A stretch of DNA of 41,698 bases from contig JAHEYM010000002.1 in the NCBI GenBank assembly GCA_023251595.1, positions 1 to 41,698 of the forward strand. The letters run 5' to 3'. The stretch's first letter is position 1. The number at the start of each line of letters is the position of its first letter. This DNA comes from Bacteroidota bacterium (GTDB taxonomy: Bacteria > Bacteroidota > Bacteroidia > AKYH767-A > JABDAW01). Below, in pieces: positions 26,510-35,254 of the stretch. Below the pieces are notes generated by a model. That model saw only the letters and a program-made list of their open reading frames with translations. It was not told the origin of the DNA and searched no databases. Both the position numbers and the translations under genes were made by a program.

Positions 26510-26866
26510 TTATTGAGCGCCCTGATGTACCCATGCCATGAGCGTATTAAAATCACAGGATGACAATTCAGTATTTTGCGGCATGTGAGACAGATCAGAG
26601 GGAGGAAGTAAAATCCGCGTTTCGAAAGATCCGGCATTGACTCTATCAATCACGCCCAGGTATGTTGTAAAATCAAAAGTGCTGCTGCCATTCTGTACAT
26701 GACAACCGTTAGTTGCACAAGTTTGATCAATAATCATTTTCGCTTTGTTCGCATAGGTCACATGTGTAGTGTCGACGAGACAATTCGGGATGTCTTTTTT
26801 GTCGTAACCACACGATGTCAATGAAAGTATGCTAAAGAAAGAAAAAATGGGGAGCAGGTTCTTCAT
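26510..26866 (-). CDS. Lipoprotein with cytochrome-c-like (PSCyt1-like) domain carrying a CX4CH motif
   Basis: The likely start is ATG 26866, giving a lipobox (MKNLLPIFSFFSILSLTSCG). Contains DQTCATNGCH...DFTTYLGV...SHMPQN...LMAWVHQGA. Confidence 0.6.
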   Translation of the reverse strand: MKNLLPIFSFFSILSLTSCGYDKKDIPNCLVDTTHVTYANKAKMIIDQTCATNGCHVQNGSSTFDFTTYLGVIDRVNAGSFETRILLPPSDLSHMPQNTELSSCDFNTLMAWVHQGAQ

Positions 26867-26885
26867 CAGTTTTGTTGAAGGAAGG

Positions 26886-26893
26886 CAAAGGTA
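26886..26893 (-). promoter_or_regulatory. -7 box TACCTTTG (minus) for the lipoprotein-YceI-barrel operon
   Basis: The reverse complement of caaaggta matches TAnnTTTG, 20 nt upstream of ATG 26866. The surrounding 16-mer GAAGGCAAAGGTATAA is identical to 29963-29978. Confidence 0.55.
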
Positions 26894-26960
26894 TAAAAAT
26901 ATTTCTGTATGTTGAATGAAGTACAAATTAATCAATAACCGCCCGCTTTTGCAGGTGTAT

Positions 26961-26996
26961 AATAAAAACGGGGACCCCTTTTGGAGATCCCCGTTT
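26961..26996 (-). terminator. Rho-independent terminator after the 27015..29906 gene
   Basis: On the minus strand, AAACGGGGA-loop-TCCCCGTTT is followed by a T-rich run, TTTTTATT. Confidence 0.7.
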
Positions 26997-27014
26997 ATTC
27001 AGAGCTGATAATTC

Positions 27015-29906
27015 TTATCTAATCAATGAAACCTTCCCAACGTATTTATGCGATACGGCGAAAAGATCCTTAATCGTAATGGAATAGATATAAACATCTT
27101 CCTTCGCCTGACTTCCATCAACAGTTCCGTTCCAGGGTAAATTTACGTCTTTACTTTGGTAAATACTTTGTCCCCAACGGTCATAAATTGACATTTCATA
27201 ATCTGTGATACCTAGTGCAACAGGACCGAACACATCGTTATGTCCGTCTCCGTCAGGTGTGAATGCATTTGGTATAAACAATTCGACATCCGGATCGATG
27301 GTAACGAATTGTGTTGTTGAATCGACGCATCCGAATTGATTCTCTACAACTTGTTCTATGATATAAGTTCCGGTTGCTGAATAGCTGTGAACCGTATTTG
27401 GCTCGTTTGAGGCGGAACCATCACCGAAATCATAGTGAACTATTGTCGCACCTGTAGATTTATCGGTGAAGTGAATTTTTGGGTCCAAAACAGAAGTTCT
27501 TGACGGACTCATATTGAATCTCGCCTGAGGAAGAGGATCAACAGTAATCATTGCAGGAATTGTGAGTGTCTGTGAACAACCCAAATTCGATGTAACGGTG
27601 AGTGTTACATCATAGCTACCGGATGTGTAGAATGTGTTGGTTGGTGCGGCAATGTTCGAAGTGTTTCCATCCCCAAAATTCCAAAGCCAGGATACAATAT
27701 TTCCACCTACAACTGCACTCTGATCGTTAAATTGGACGATCAATGGCGGACAGCCACTGATTGGTAAGGCGGTGAACAATACGACAGGGAGAGGATTCAC
27801 CGTCACTGTTACTGGAGCTTGTGCAGGTGCTGAACCGCAACCGTCTGTGACGGTCACCGTGTATGTAGTTGTCGCGTTAGGAGTAACAGTTATTGGTCCT
27901 GGACCGGAACCCGCTCCATTACTCCACATGAAATTATAGTTTCCGTTTCCACCGGTAGCGCTCGCAGAAATCGTACTGCTCTGTCCCTGACAAATCATTG
28001 AAGGAGGACCACCGAGAGCCTGTAGGGCAGGGTTAACTGTAACGGTCATCACGGGTGAAACTCCCGTGCAACCGTTTGCATCGGTGGCGGTCACTGAATA
28101 GGTGGTGGTAACTGCGGGAGATACCGTAACCGGACTTCCAGTTTGACCATCGCTCCAGGTATAGGTATATGGACCAGTCCCACCATTTGCATTGGCAGTA
28201 AGGTTTGTATTATTACCCACGCAAATACTTACATTAGCTGAGGTCGTGGCTACAACTGCAGTTGGTTCAGTAATAACTGCAATCGATGTCTGAGTACAAT
28301 TGTTTGCATCAGTTACCGTCACAGTATAGGACCCGGCGGTCAGGTTGGTTGCATTTGCTGCTGCACCCCCTGATGGTGTCCAAAGATAGGTGTAAGCCCC
28401 GGTTCCGCCCACGACATTGGAGGTGATACTTCCCGTTGCTGTTCCAAAACATGAAGCAGGAGTTGGTAATGTTCCGACCACGATTGCTGTTGGCTCGAGT
28501 ATGGTAAAGTTATTCGAAGTACTACATCCATTTGCATCGGTGGTCGTACATGTATAGTTACCAGGTGCAAGATTTGAAGCTGTACCCGTGATGGAGGGCG
28601 AACCTGTCCAAGTATAGCCGTAAGGTGGCAGGCCGTTAGGTGTTACCCATGCAATTCCATTGTTAGCCCCGTTACATGTGACATCGGTTTGCCCCTGTGC
28701 GACAACGAGTGTGAATGTCTGAGTTACAACTATATTGGCAATTGCAGGGCAGCCCAATGCATCGAAAGCGTTGAGTGTGTAGGGCCCGGCGGCAAGATTT
28801 GAAGCTGTTGCCATATTTCCACCACTAGGTGACCAATTATAAGTAAATGGCATTGCAATCGAATTTTCCATCGTGACAAAAGCAACTCCATCGTTTCCGG
28901 CGCAGGTTGCGGGAGATTGACCCAAAGCGATTGTTGGTTGATCTATCGTGATAGTTACGGTATCCCTGTCCGGTGTGATTCCACCGATACCACAAGTGCA
29001 AAGACATTCGAGTACGGCAACGTATTGGGTTGTTGCGATAGGGTATTGGGGATCTGTAGAAACCAGAGTAATTGAATCACCAAAAGCGAAGGGTACAACA
29101 TCAGGCAAACGATACCAGGCGATGTGACAACTGTCAACACCATTGGGAGTCCATCTGTAACCGTCGTTGTTGGCAGTAAAGACGCTGAAGTTACGACCTG
29201 CAACCGGGGTCGCATTCGCACCTGTGGCATCTTGCAAGCCTTGAATCGCGTAACCGCCATTCCAACTTGGACAATCCGGTTTCGATTGGATGTGGTTTTC
29301 GATGATATTAGTTGATTCATAAAGGGTGATTTGCCCTGTGAAATGGATACCTGTACATGAATAAAAAGCAACCTGATTCCATGAAACAACAAACCGTCTG
29401 AAGGGAGCTACTCCGAAGGTATTGTAAGAAATAGTACCACCGGCTGTTGGTAACAGATCTTCCCAAGGACCTAACACCGCGTTAACAGGTGTACCGGGAC
29501 CTGGGGCAGGAATGGGACCACTGATTGGCCATGGACAATAACCGCCTGCACCTGTGAGATCAAACGTAATCACATTGTTAGATCCAACTAAAATATTATT
29601 ATATGTAGCACCATAATAGCAGAAACAAAAAGGCAGTGGAATGACACCACTCCAGTTATCATCACTGAGTGCAACAGGCGTCCCACCCGTAAAGGGATCG
29701 GGGTTGTAGGGAATAGCAGCGCCAGCGTAACTCGTTGTGCCTGCAATGGCAGGGATGCTGCTTCCATTTACAGTCGCACTCAGAATTATCGGCAGGTTAT
29801 AACCAGCGCAGAGTGTATCGTCGCAGCAGGCGACCACACCTTGCGCATTTGATTGGTGAATGAATCCCAAACAAATTAAAATCGGGAGAATGAGAAAACG
29901 TTTCAT
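27015..29906 (-). CDS. Large adhesin-like protein with SprB repeats, PKD domains and T9SS type-B (gliding-motility C-terminal) sorting domain
   Basis: 963 aa with a signal peptide. SprB-type CxGxxxG units (TCAGNDGVAFV, VTCNGANNGIAWV). PKD unit WLWNFGDGNTS. C-terminus carries FIPNAFTPDGDGHNDVF...IYDRWGQ. Confidence 0.9.
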   Translation of the reverse strand: MKRFLILPILICLGFIHQSNAQGVVACCDDTLCAGYNLPIILSATVNGSSIPAIAGTTSYAGAAIPYNPDPFTGGTPVALSDDNWSGVIPLPFCFCYYGATYNNILVGSNNVITFDLTGAGGYCPWPISGPIPAPGPGTPVNAVLGPWEDLLPTAGGTISYNTFGVAPFRRFVVSWNQVAFYSCTGIHFTGQITLYESTNIIENHIQSKPDCPSWNGGYAIQGLQDATGANATPVAGRNFSVFTANNDGYRWTPNGVDSCHIAWYRLPDVVPFAFGDSITLVSTDPQYPIATTQYVAVLECLCTCGIGGITPDRDTVTITIDQPTIALGQSPATCAGNDGVAFVTMENSIAMPFTYNWSPSGGNMATASNLAAGPYTLNAFDALGCPAIANIVVTQTFTLVVAQGQTDVTCNGANNGIAWVTPNGLPPYGYTWTGSPSITGTASNLAPGNYTCTTTDANGCSTSNNFTILEPTAIVVGTLPTPASCFGTATGSITSNVVGGTGAYTYLWTPSGGAAANATNLTAGSYTVTVTDANNCTQTSIAVITEPTAVVATTSANVSICVGNNTNLTANANGGTGPYTYTWSDGQTGSPVTVSPAVTTTYSVTATDANGCTGVSPVMTVTVNPALQALGGPPSMICQGQSSTISASATGGNGNYNFMWSNGAGSGPGPITVTPNATTTYTVTVTDGCGSAPAQAPVTVTVNPLPVVLFTALPISGCPPLIVQFNDQSAVVGGNIVSWLWNFGDGNTSNIAAPTNTFYTSGSYDVTLTVTSNLGCSQTLTIPAMITVDPLPQARFNMSPSRTSVLDPKIHFTDKSTGATIVHYDFGDGSASNEPNTVHSYSATGTYIIEQVVENQFGCVDSTTQFVTIDPDVELFIPNAFTPDGDGHNDVFGPVALGITDYEMSIYDRWGQSIYQSKDVNLPWNGTVDGSQAKEDVYIYSITIKDLFAVSHKYVGKVSLIR

Positions 29907-29967
29907 ATTATCTTTTTGTTAGAATAGTTGAAGATGAACTTATTAGGGGTTTTACTTGTCATGAAGG

Positions 29968-29975
29968 CAAAGGTA
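29968..29975 (-). promoter_or_regulatory. -7 box TACCTTTG (minus) for the 27015..29906 gene
   Basis: The reverse complement of caaaggta matches TAnnTTTG, ~62 nt upstream of the ATG at 29906. Confidence 0.5.
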
Positions 29976-30071
29976 TAACATTGACTTGGAGAAACCCGAA
30001 CTTCTCCTCAAAAAATACAAGATTCTATTGGAACTAAAGAGAAAAGCAGGAAAATAGGCACGTTTTTGCAA

Positions 30072-31586
30072 TCAATCCAGCTTTTCCGGTCTCATTTGGG
30101 GGAAGAAGAGAACATCCTGAATCGAAGCTGCATCGGTCATAATCATGGTAAGACGGTCGATTCCTATTCCCATTCCTGCAGCGGGTGGCATTCCGTATTC
30201 TAGTGCGCGAAGGAAATCTTCATCCAAAACCATTGCTTCTTCATCACCACGTTTACCAAGCTCAAGCTGTTCTTCGAAACGCCTGCGTTGATCGATCGGA
30301 TCGTTCAATTCTGAGAAAGCATTGCAGATCTCTTTTCCATTACAGATAGCTTCGAAACGCTCCACCAAACCTTCTGTTGCGCGATGTTTTTTTGCGAGCG
30401 GCGACATCTCGACCGGATAATCCATAATGAAAGTCGGATTCAGAATATTAGGTTCGCATTTAGTCCCAAAAATTTCATCGATGAGTTTGGCTTTTCCCAT
30501 TGTGTTGTCGGTATGAATACCCAGACTTTCCGCTGCGGCTCTCAAGCCGGCTTCGCCCATGCCGGAGATATCAATTCCCGTAAATTCTTTAATGGCTTCG
30601 AACATCGTCAATCTTCTCCAAGGTCTTTGGAAAGTGATGTCTTTTCCACCATATCTTACTTCAGTTGTTCCATGAAGATCCATCGCGACTTTCTCCACCA
30701 TTTCTTCAACCAAATCCATCATCCACAAATAATCTTTATACGCGACATATAATTCCATTTGGGTGAATTCGGGGTTGTGAAACCGATCCATTCCCTCGTT
30801 CCTGAAATCTTTTGAGAATTCATACACTCCGTCGAAACCCCCGACAATCAAGCGTTTCAGATAGAGCTCGTTTGCAATACGGAGGTAGAGATCCATTCCG
30901 AGCGAGTTGTGAAAAGTCTTGAAGGGACGGGCAGTTGCACCACCGTAAATAGGTTGAAGAATGGGTGTCTCTACTTCGAGATATCCTTTTGCATTCAAAT
31001 AATTACGCATCGAATTTGTGAGTTGAGTTCGCTTCACAAAAACCTCTCTAACCTTGGGATTCACGATGAGATCGACGTAGCGTTGACGGTATCTTTGATT
31101 CGGATCGGAAAACGCGTCAAAGACTTCACCCTCTTTCTTTTTCACAACAGGCAATGGTTTCAGCGCTTTGCTGAGCACTTTGAAGGAAGTGACGTGTATA
31201 GTAGTTTCTCCGGTTTGCGTGGTGAAAACGTATCCATGAACCCCAATGATATCGCCGATATCGAGTAGTTTTTTGAAGACCGTGTTATACATCGTTTTAT
31301 CTTCACCAGGACAAACATCATCGCGTTTAAAATAAAGCTGAATTTCGCCCGATGAATCCTGTAAAACGGCAAAGGAAGCATTTCCCATAATGCGTCGACT
31401 CATGATTCTCCCTGCGAGAGTTACATTCTGATAATCACCGCGCTCCCGCTGATAATTCGCAAGAATATCTGCTGCTGAGGCGTTGATTTCGAATAGTCCC
31501 GCGGGATATGGATCGATGCCGAGATTCCGGATTTCTTTCAGCGACTCGCGGCGGATTTGTTCTAACTCGTTGTGGTCTTCGGTCAT
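30072..31586 (-). CDS. lysS: Lysine--tRNA ligase (class II)
   Basis: 504 aa with [21 protein letters not shown] (motif 2) and [11 protein letters not shown] (motif 3). Confidence 0.95.
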   Translation of the reverse strand: MTEDHNELEQIRRESLKEIRNLGIDPYPAGLFEINASAADILANYQRERGDYQNVTLAGRIMSRRIMGNASFAVLQDSSGEIQLYFKRDDVCPGEDKTMYNTVFKKLLDIGDIIGVHGYVFTTQTGETTIHVTSFKVLSKALKPLPVVKKKEGEVFDAFSDPNQRYRQRYVDLIVNPKVREVFVKRTQLTNSMRNYLNAKGYLEVETPILQPIYGGATARPFKTFHNSLGMDLYLRIANELYLKRLIVGGFDGVYEFSKDFRNEGMDRFHNPEFTQMELYVAYKDYLWMMDLVEEMVEKVAMDLHGTTEVRYGGKDITFQRPWRRLTMFEAIKEFTGIDISGMGEAGLRAAAESLGIHTDNTMGKAKLIDEIFGTKCEPNILNPTFIMDYPVEMSPLAKKHRATEGLVERFEAICNGKEICNAFSELNDPIDQRRRFEEQLELGKRGDEEAMVLDEDFLRALEYGMPPAAGMGIGIDRLTMIMTDAASIQDVLFFPQMRPEKLD

Positions 31587-31603
31587 AACTATGATTTACG
31601 AGG

Positions 31604-31611
31604 CAAAGATA
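31604..31611 (-). promoter_or_regulatory. -7 box TATCTTTG (minus) for lysS
   Basis: The reverse complement of caaagata matches TAnnTTTG, 17 nt upstream of the ATG at 31586. Confidence 0.5.
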
Positions 31612-31619
31612 GTTTTTAT

Positions 31620-31627
31620 TAAATTTG
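31620..31627 (+). promoter_or_regulatory. -7 box TAAATTTG for the SIS-domain isomerase gene
   Basis: Ends 8 nt before ATG 31636. This supports the internal start over the track start at 31483, which overlaps lysS. Confidence 0.5.
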
Positions 31628-31635
31628 CATTTCCT

Positions 31636-32622
31636 ATGAAAAAATACGTATCAGAATTTACGCAACATTTGCGTGCTGCGCTGACGATTGGTGAGAATAC
31701 AACCCTTACTTCTGCAGCGACTACTATCTCAAATATTGTAATCACCGGATTGGGAGGATCAGGAATAGGAGGAACGATTATTTCTGATTTATTGAAAGGA
31801 ATATCTTCCATTCCCATCATCGTGAGTAAAGATTATTTTTTGCCGGAATTTGTGAATAAAAATACATTAGTAATTGTTTCATCATATTCAGGCGACACAG
31901 AAGAAACCGTCAACGCATTTAATATCGCGAGAGAGAAAAATGCGATGATTGTTTGCATAACTTCGGGTGGAAAAATTCTTGCAACGGCTGTAGAAAAAAA
32001 TATAGATTATATAAAAATTCCCGGTGGGTTACCGCCACGCGCTGCACTCGGATATTCATTTCCACAATTATTGAAGGTGTTATCTTTTCATAAAATAATT
32101 AGTTGGAATTATGTTGAAGAAATTAAATCAGCAATTTCTTTAATGGATTCGGGTGAAGAAGAAATTAAGTTGCAGGCAATGGTAACAGCCGCAAAATTTT
32201 TCGATAAAACCCCGGTACTTTATTCCGCTCCCGAATTCGAAGGAGTCACAATTCGTTTTCGTCAACAGATAAATGAGAATGCGAAGATGCTGACCTGGCA
32301 TCATGTTATTCCGGAAATGAATCATAATGAATTAGTGGGTTGGACAAAACCGGAGCCTCAGTTTGCCGTTATTTTTCTGCGTAACGAAACAGATTATTCG
32401 CGCACACAGCAACGGATGGAGATCATCAAAGAAACGATCGGCAAATGTACTCCGCATATTTTTGAATTGTTTTCGAAAGGAAATTCCTTGTTGGAAAGAA
32501 TGTTATATATGATTCATCTTTGCGATTGGATTTCTGTTTATTTAGCCGAAGACCGCAATGTAGATCCTGTTGAAGTAAATGTGATCACAAAATTGAAATC
32601 TGCATTGGCGGAGAAAGCATAA
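31636..32622 (+). CDS. Bifunctional phosphoglucose/phosphomannose isomerase family (SIS domain)
   Basis: Contains ITGLGGSGIGGTI, VIVSSYSGDTEET and HHVIPEMNHNELVGW. Confidence 0.75.
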   Translation: MKKYVSEFTQHLRAALTIGENTTLTSAATTISNIVITGLGGSGIGGTIISDLLKGISSIPIIVSKDYFLPEFVNKNTLVIVSSYSGDTEETVNAFNIAREKNAMIVCITSGGKILATAVEKNIDYIKIPGGLPPRAALGYSFPQLLKVLSFHKIISWNYVEEIKSAISLMDSGEEEIKLQAMVTAAKFFDKTPVLYSAPEFEGVTIRFRQQINENAKMLTWHHVIPEMNHNELVGWTKPEPQFAVIFLRNETDYSRTQQRMEIIKETIGKCTPHIFELFSKGNSLLERMLYMIHLCDWISVYLAEDRNVDPVEVNVITKLKSALAEKA

Positions 32623-32624
32623 TC

Positions 32625-33332
32625 TTGCAAAAAGTAATTTTTAAGGATCTTGGTTTAATTGAATATGCGACGGCTTGGGAGTTGCAGGAAAAATTATTTA
32701 ATGAGATCGTTGCAAAAAAATTAGAAAACAGAAATTTATCGGGATCAGATCGTCAGCCGGCGCTTCATTATTTGCTTTTCTGTGAACATCCACATGTATA
32801 TACATTAGGGAAAAGTGGGAAGGAGGATCATCTGCTTGCGAATGCAGAAAAACTCGAGCAACAAAAAGCAACTTTTTTTCGGATCAATCGTGGTGGCGAT
32901 ATTACATATCATGGTCCGGGACAAATTGTGGGTTACCCGATTCTTGATCTCGATTATTTTTTCACCGACATACACAAGTACCTGCGTTTGCTCGAGGAGG
33001 CAGTGATACTCACCCTCGCGCACTACGGAATCGCGGGGGGACGGATACAAGGCATGACGGGCGTGTGGATAGACGGGAATGACCCCGTTCGCGCTCGTAA
33101 GATCTGCGCGTATGGCGTGCGTTGCAGCCGTTGGGTTACCATGCACGGGTTTGCATTTAATGTGAACACGGATTTATCTTATTTTGGAAATATTGTTCCT
33201 TGTGGTATTGTTGGAAAATCTGTTACTTCTCTCGAAAAAGAATTAGGAAAAAAGATTGAGATGGAAGAAGTAAAAATGTTGTTGAAAGAAAATTTATGTC
33301 AATTATTTGAGATGGAATTGGTTGTAGGATAA
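32625..33332 (+). CDS. lipB: Lipoyl(octanoyl) transferase
   Basis: Contains RGGDITYHGPGQIVGYP, RKICAYGVR and MHGFAFNV. The start is TTG. Confidence 0.9.
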   Translation: MQKVIFKDLGLIEYATAWELQEKLFNEIVAKKLENRNLSGSDRQPALHYLLFCEHPHVYTLGKSGKEDHLLANAEKLEQQKATFFRINRGGDITYHGPGQIVGYPILDLDYFFTDIHKYLRLLEEAVILTLAHYGIAGGRIQGMTGVWIDGNDPVRARKICAYGVRCSRWVTMHGFAFNVNTDLSYFGNIVPCGIVGKSVTSLEKELGKKIEMEEVKMLLKENLCQLFEMELVVG

Positions 33333-33334
33333 TA

Positions 33335-34027
33335 CTATCTTTTTTCAAAAATTCCGATCAACGATTTACCAAAAGATTTGAAGAAAAAAATATCCGAAAT
33401 TTTCGAAAAGCGGATTAGAACTTTATCCCAGAGATTTACCTGCGCTAAATTGATTTCTGCTTTTTTGAGAAATACTTTATTCACCAAAGAGGCGAGAAGA
33501 CCACAGGAATCGAGATAGTACATTTTAATTTCCGACAAAACCGGATTTACTTCACTTCTCAACAGGGGTTTATTATATCTTCTGAAATGTCCTAATTTAG
33601 CATCGAACTCGTTATACAGAAATTGAAATGCCGGAACTAAAATGATTAAGTGACCGCCGGTGTTCAGTCGTTCTTTAATTTTCCTGATCTCTTCTTTTGA
33701 TTGTTCAATATGTTCAAGCACATCTATATAAATTATGGTGTCGAATTTCCTGGTTGAAATATTCTCCATAGTGCCGACAATAATTTCTTTAGGGATGTTT
33801 AGGTTTGCAGTGTATTCAGAAATCTTTCCTGCCAGTTTTGCATCGGGTTCGATGAAAGTCCAGGAAGTGGTTTTGGGGGTTATGAGATACTTTGTGTTCA
33901 CGCCAAAGCCGGCACCGACCTCCAGCACATCTCCTTTGATATATTTTTTGAATGATGAAGAAAAATAGGTTTTCCAATTAACGGCAAATTGAAATAATTC
34001 CAATTCATTGCCGACGTAATCAATCAT
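33335..34027 (-). CDS. Class I SAM-dependent methyltransferase
   Basis: Motif I VLEVGAGFGVNT and post-II DTIIYIDVLEHI. Confidence 0.8.
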   Translation of the reverse strand: MIDYVGNELELFQFAVNWKTYFSSSFKKYIKGDVLEVGAGFGVNTKYLITPKTTSWTFIEPDAKLAGKISEYTANLNIPKEIIVGTMENISTRKFDTIIYIDVLEHIEQSKEEIRKIKERLNTGGHLIILVPAFQFLYNEFDAKLGHFRRYNKPLLRSEVNPVLSEIKMYYLDSCGLLASLVNKVFLKKAEINLAQVNLWDKVLIRFSKISDIFFFKSFGKSLIGIFEKR

Positions 34028-34044
34028 AATCTTTTGGATGAATA

Positions 34045-34953
34045 TTATAACTCAGTGTAAATATCGCCCTGATTTTTGTTTTTCCCTTTTTGTGAAAGGA
34101 TCAGGAGTCCGAGAATTATCGTGGCTGAAATTATCAGAATTGAATTTATTAATCCTATGGCAATCGTGCTGGTCCAACCCGACATAGCATCGTGGTTGAT
34201 GAATTTGCTATAGACCACATAACCACCATAAAGGAAGAGAATCAAGAACAATAATGCTAAAAGACGTATGAAGAAAAACAACAACTCTTCAGAATATTCT
34301 ATCAGTGATCTGAGTCCGTGGAGTACTAGACCGTTCATGTTCATTTTCGATTTACCGTCGATCCGCTTGCGTCGGTCGAACTTGATAAATTCTTTTTTGA
34401 ATTTCAATTTTGATAAGAAGGTGGAATAATGCACGTAATGTTGCAGGCTAACCGAATCCAGAACTTTTTTACTGATCATCGAATAATTACCAAAATTGAT
34501 TTTCCTGCCACTAATCATCTTGAAGATCGCTTTGTAGAAGAAATAACCGATCCTGAATGAGAGCGACTCCGAGCGTTTTCCTCTCGAAACGAATGCGATA
34601 TCAAATTTCGGAATCTGAACAAATTGCAGTATTGCTTCCGGATCATCTTCCCCGTCCGAATCCATCACAATAAAACCTTTAGCTTCGAACCGGGAAGCGT
34701 AAATAAGACCTTGCCGGATTGCGCCCTGATGACCCACATTATATTTTAAACTGATAATTTTTAGTTCGCAGTTTTCGGATTTGAATTTAAAACTTTTGAG
34801 TTTTTCGACTGTTGAATCTGTGGAACAATCATCAACAATAATTACTTTATATGAATGTTGGGTCTTGGCAAAAGTGGTTTCCAATTCACTCAAAAAAACA
34901 GAAACGACTTCTTCTTCATTATAACAGGGGGCAACAATAATAAAGCTATTCAT
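34045..34953 (-). CDS. Polyprenyl-phosphate glycosyltransferase (GT2, GtrB/ArnC-like)
   Basis: Contains IIVAPCYNEE, VDDCSTDST and MDSDGEDDP (DxD), plus two C-terminal TM helices. Confidence 0.8.
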   Translation of the reverse strand: MNSFIIVAPCYNEEEVVSVFLSELETTFAKTQHSYKVIIVDDCSTDSTVEKLKSFKFKSENCELKIISLKYNVGHQGAIRQGLIYASRFEAKGFIVMDSDGEDDPEAILQFVQIPKFDIAFVSRGKRSESLSFRIGYFFYKAIFKMISGRKINFGNYSMISKKVLDSVSLQHYVHYSTFLSKLKFKKEFIKFDRRKRIDGKSKMNMNGLVLHGLRSLIEYSEELLFFFIRLLALLFLILFLYGGYVVYSKFINHDAMSGWTSTIAIGLINSILIISATIILGLLILSQKGKNKNQGDIYTEL

Positions 34954-35008
34954 TAAGCGTAATTTAAATTAGTGCCGAATTTTGAAGTCTTTTCTTTGTC
35001 TTGACGCT

Positions 35009-35016
35009 CAAAGGTA
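35009..35016 (-). promoter_or_regulatory. -7 box TACCTTTG (minus) for the GT2-methyltransferase operon
   Basis: The reverse complement of caaaggta matches TAnnTTTG, ~55 nt upstream of the ATG at 34953. Confidence 0.5.
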
Positions 35017-35059
35017 ACTATTTCAGACGAATCGGACTTTCGGCTTCTGATTTCTTTTT

Positions 35060-35107
35060 TTAGCTGCCCGCAAAGCCGCAAAGCCGCAAAGCCGCAAAGC
35101 CGCAAAG
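35060..35107 (+). repeat. Family-2 head TTAGCTGC followed by a perfect 5x tandem octamer CCGCAAAG
   Basis: The octamer can be read directly at 35068-75, 35076-83, 35084-91, 35092-99 and 35100-107. Confidence 0.9.
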
Positions 35108-35193
35108 GAATACTGCTTTGATTATCAGGGCGTTGCCAATTCACATCTTGATCGGTTGTGTCAAGATCTCTTCCCAGAGTGCAAGAAAACCGT

Positions 35194-35201
35194 TAACTTT
35201 G
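35194..35201 (+). promoter_or_regulatory. -7 box TAACTTTG for the ArnT-like gene
   Basis: The box lies inside the track ORF's TTG-started extension. It is 53 nt upstream of ATG 35255. Confidence 0.5.
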
Positions 35202-35254
35202 CCGAAGAACTTATAAAGTTGAACAATGAATCTTTGGAAGATAATTGTAGCAGA

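Noticed and set aside
28340-29392. Alternative-frame ORFs (76 and 145 aa) inside the 963-aa adhesin gene
   Set aside because: They are on the same strand but out of frame with a gene that has clear domain motifs throughout. They are artefacts of biased composition.
2623-31586. Clustering of three aminoacyl-tRNA synthetase genes (gltX, glnS, lysS) plus tRNA-Cys as a possible translation supra-operon
   Set aside because: The genes are on different strands and separated by unrelated genes, each with its own promoter box. Coincidence is the simplest explanation.
34953-35144. 63-aa ORF containing the octamer tract whose stop overlaps the GT2 start (TAATG), which looked like a phase-variable leader peptide
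   Set aside because: It starts at GTG. Its LRLCGFAALRLCG segment is simply the translated octamer repeat. The best minus-strand -7 box (35009-35016) lies downstream of most of the ORF, so it is probably not on the operon mRNA. The idea is kept as a caveat under the octamer finding.
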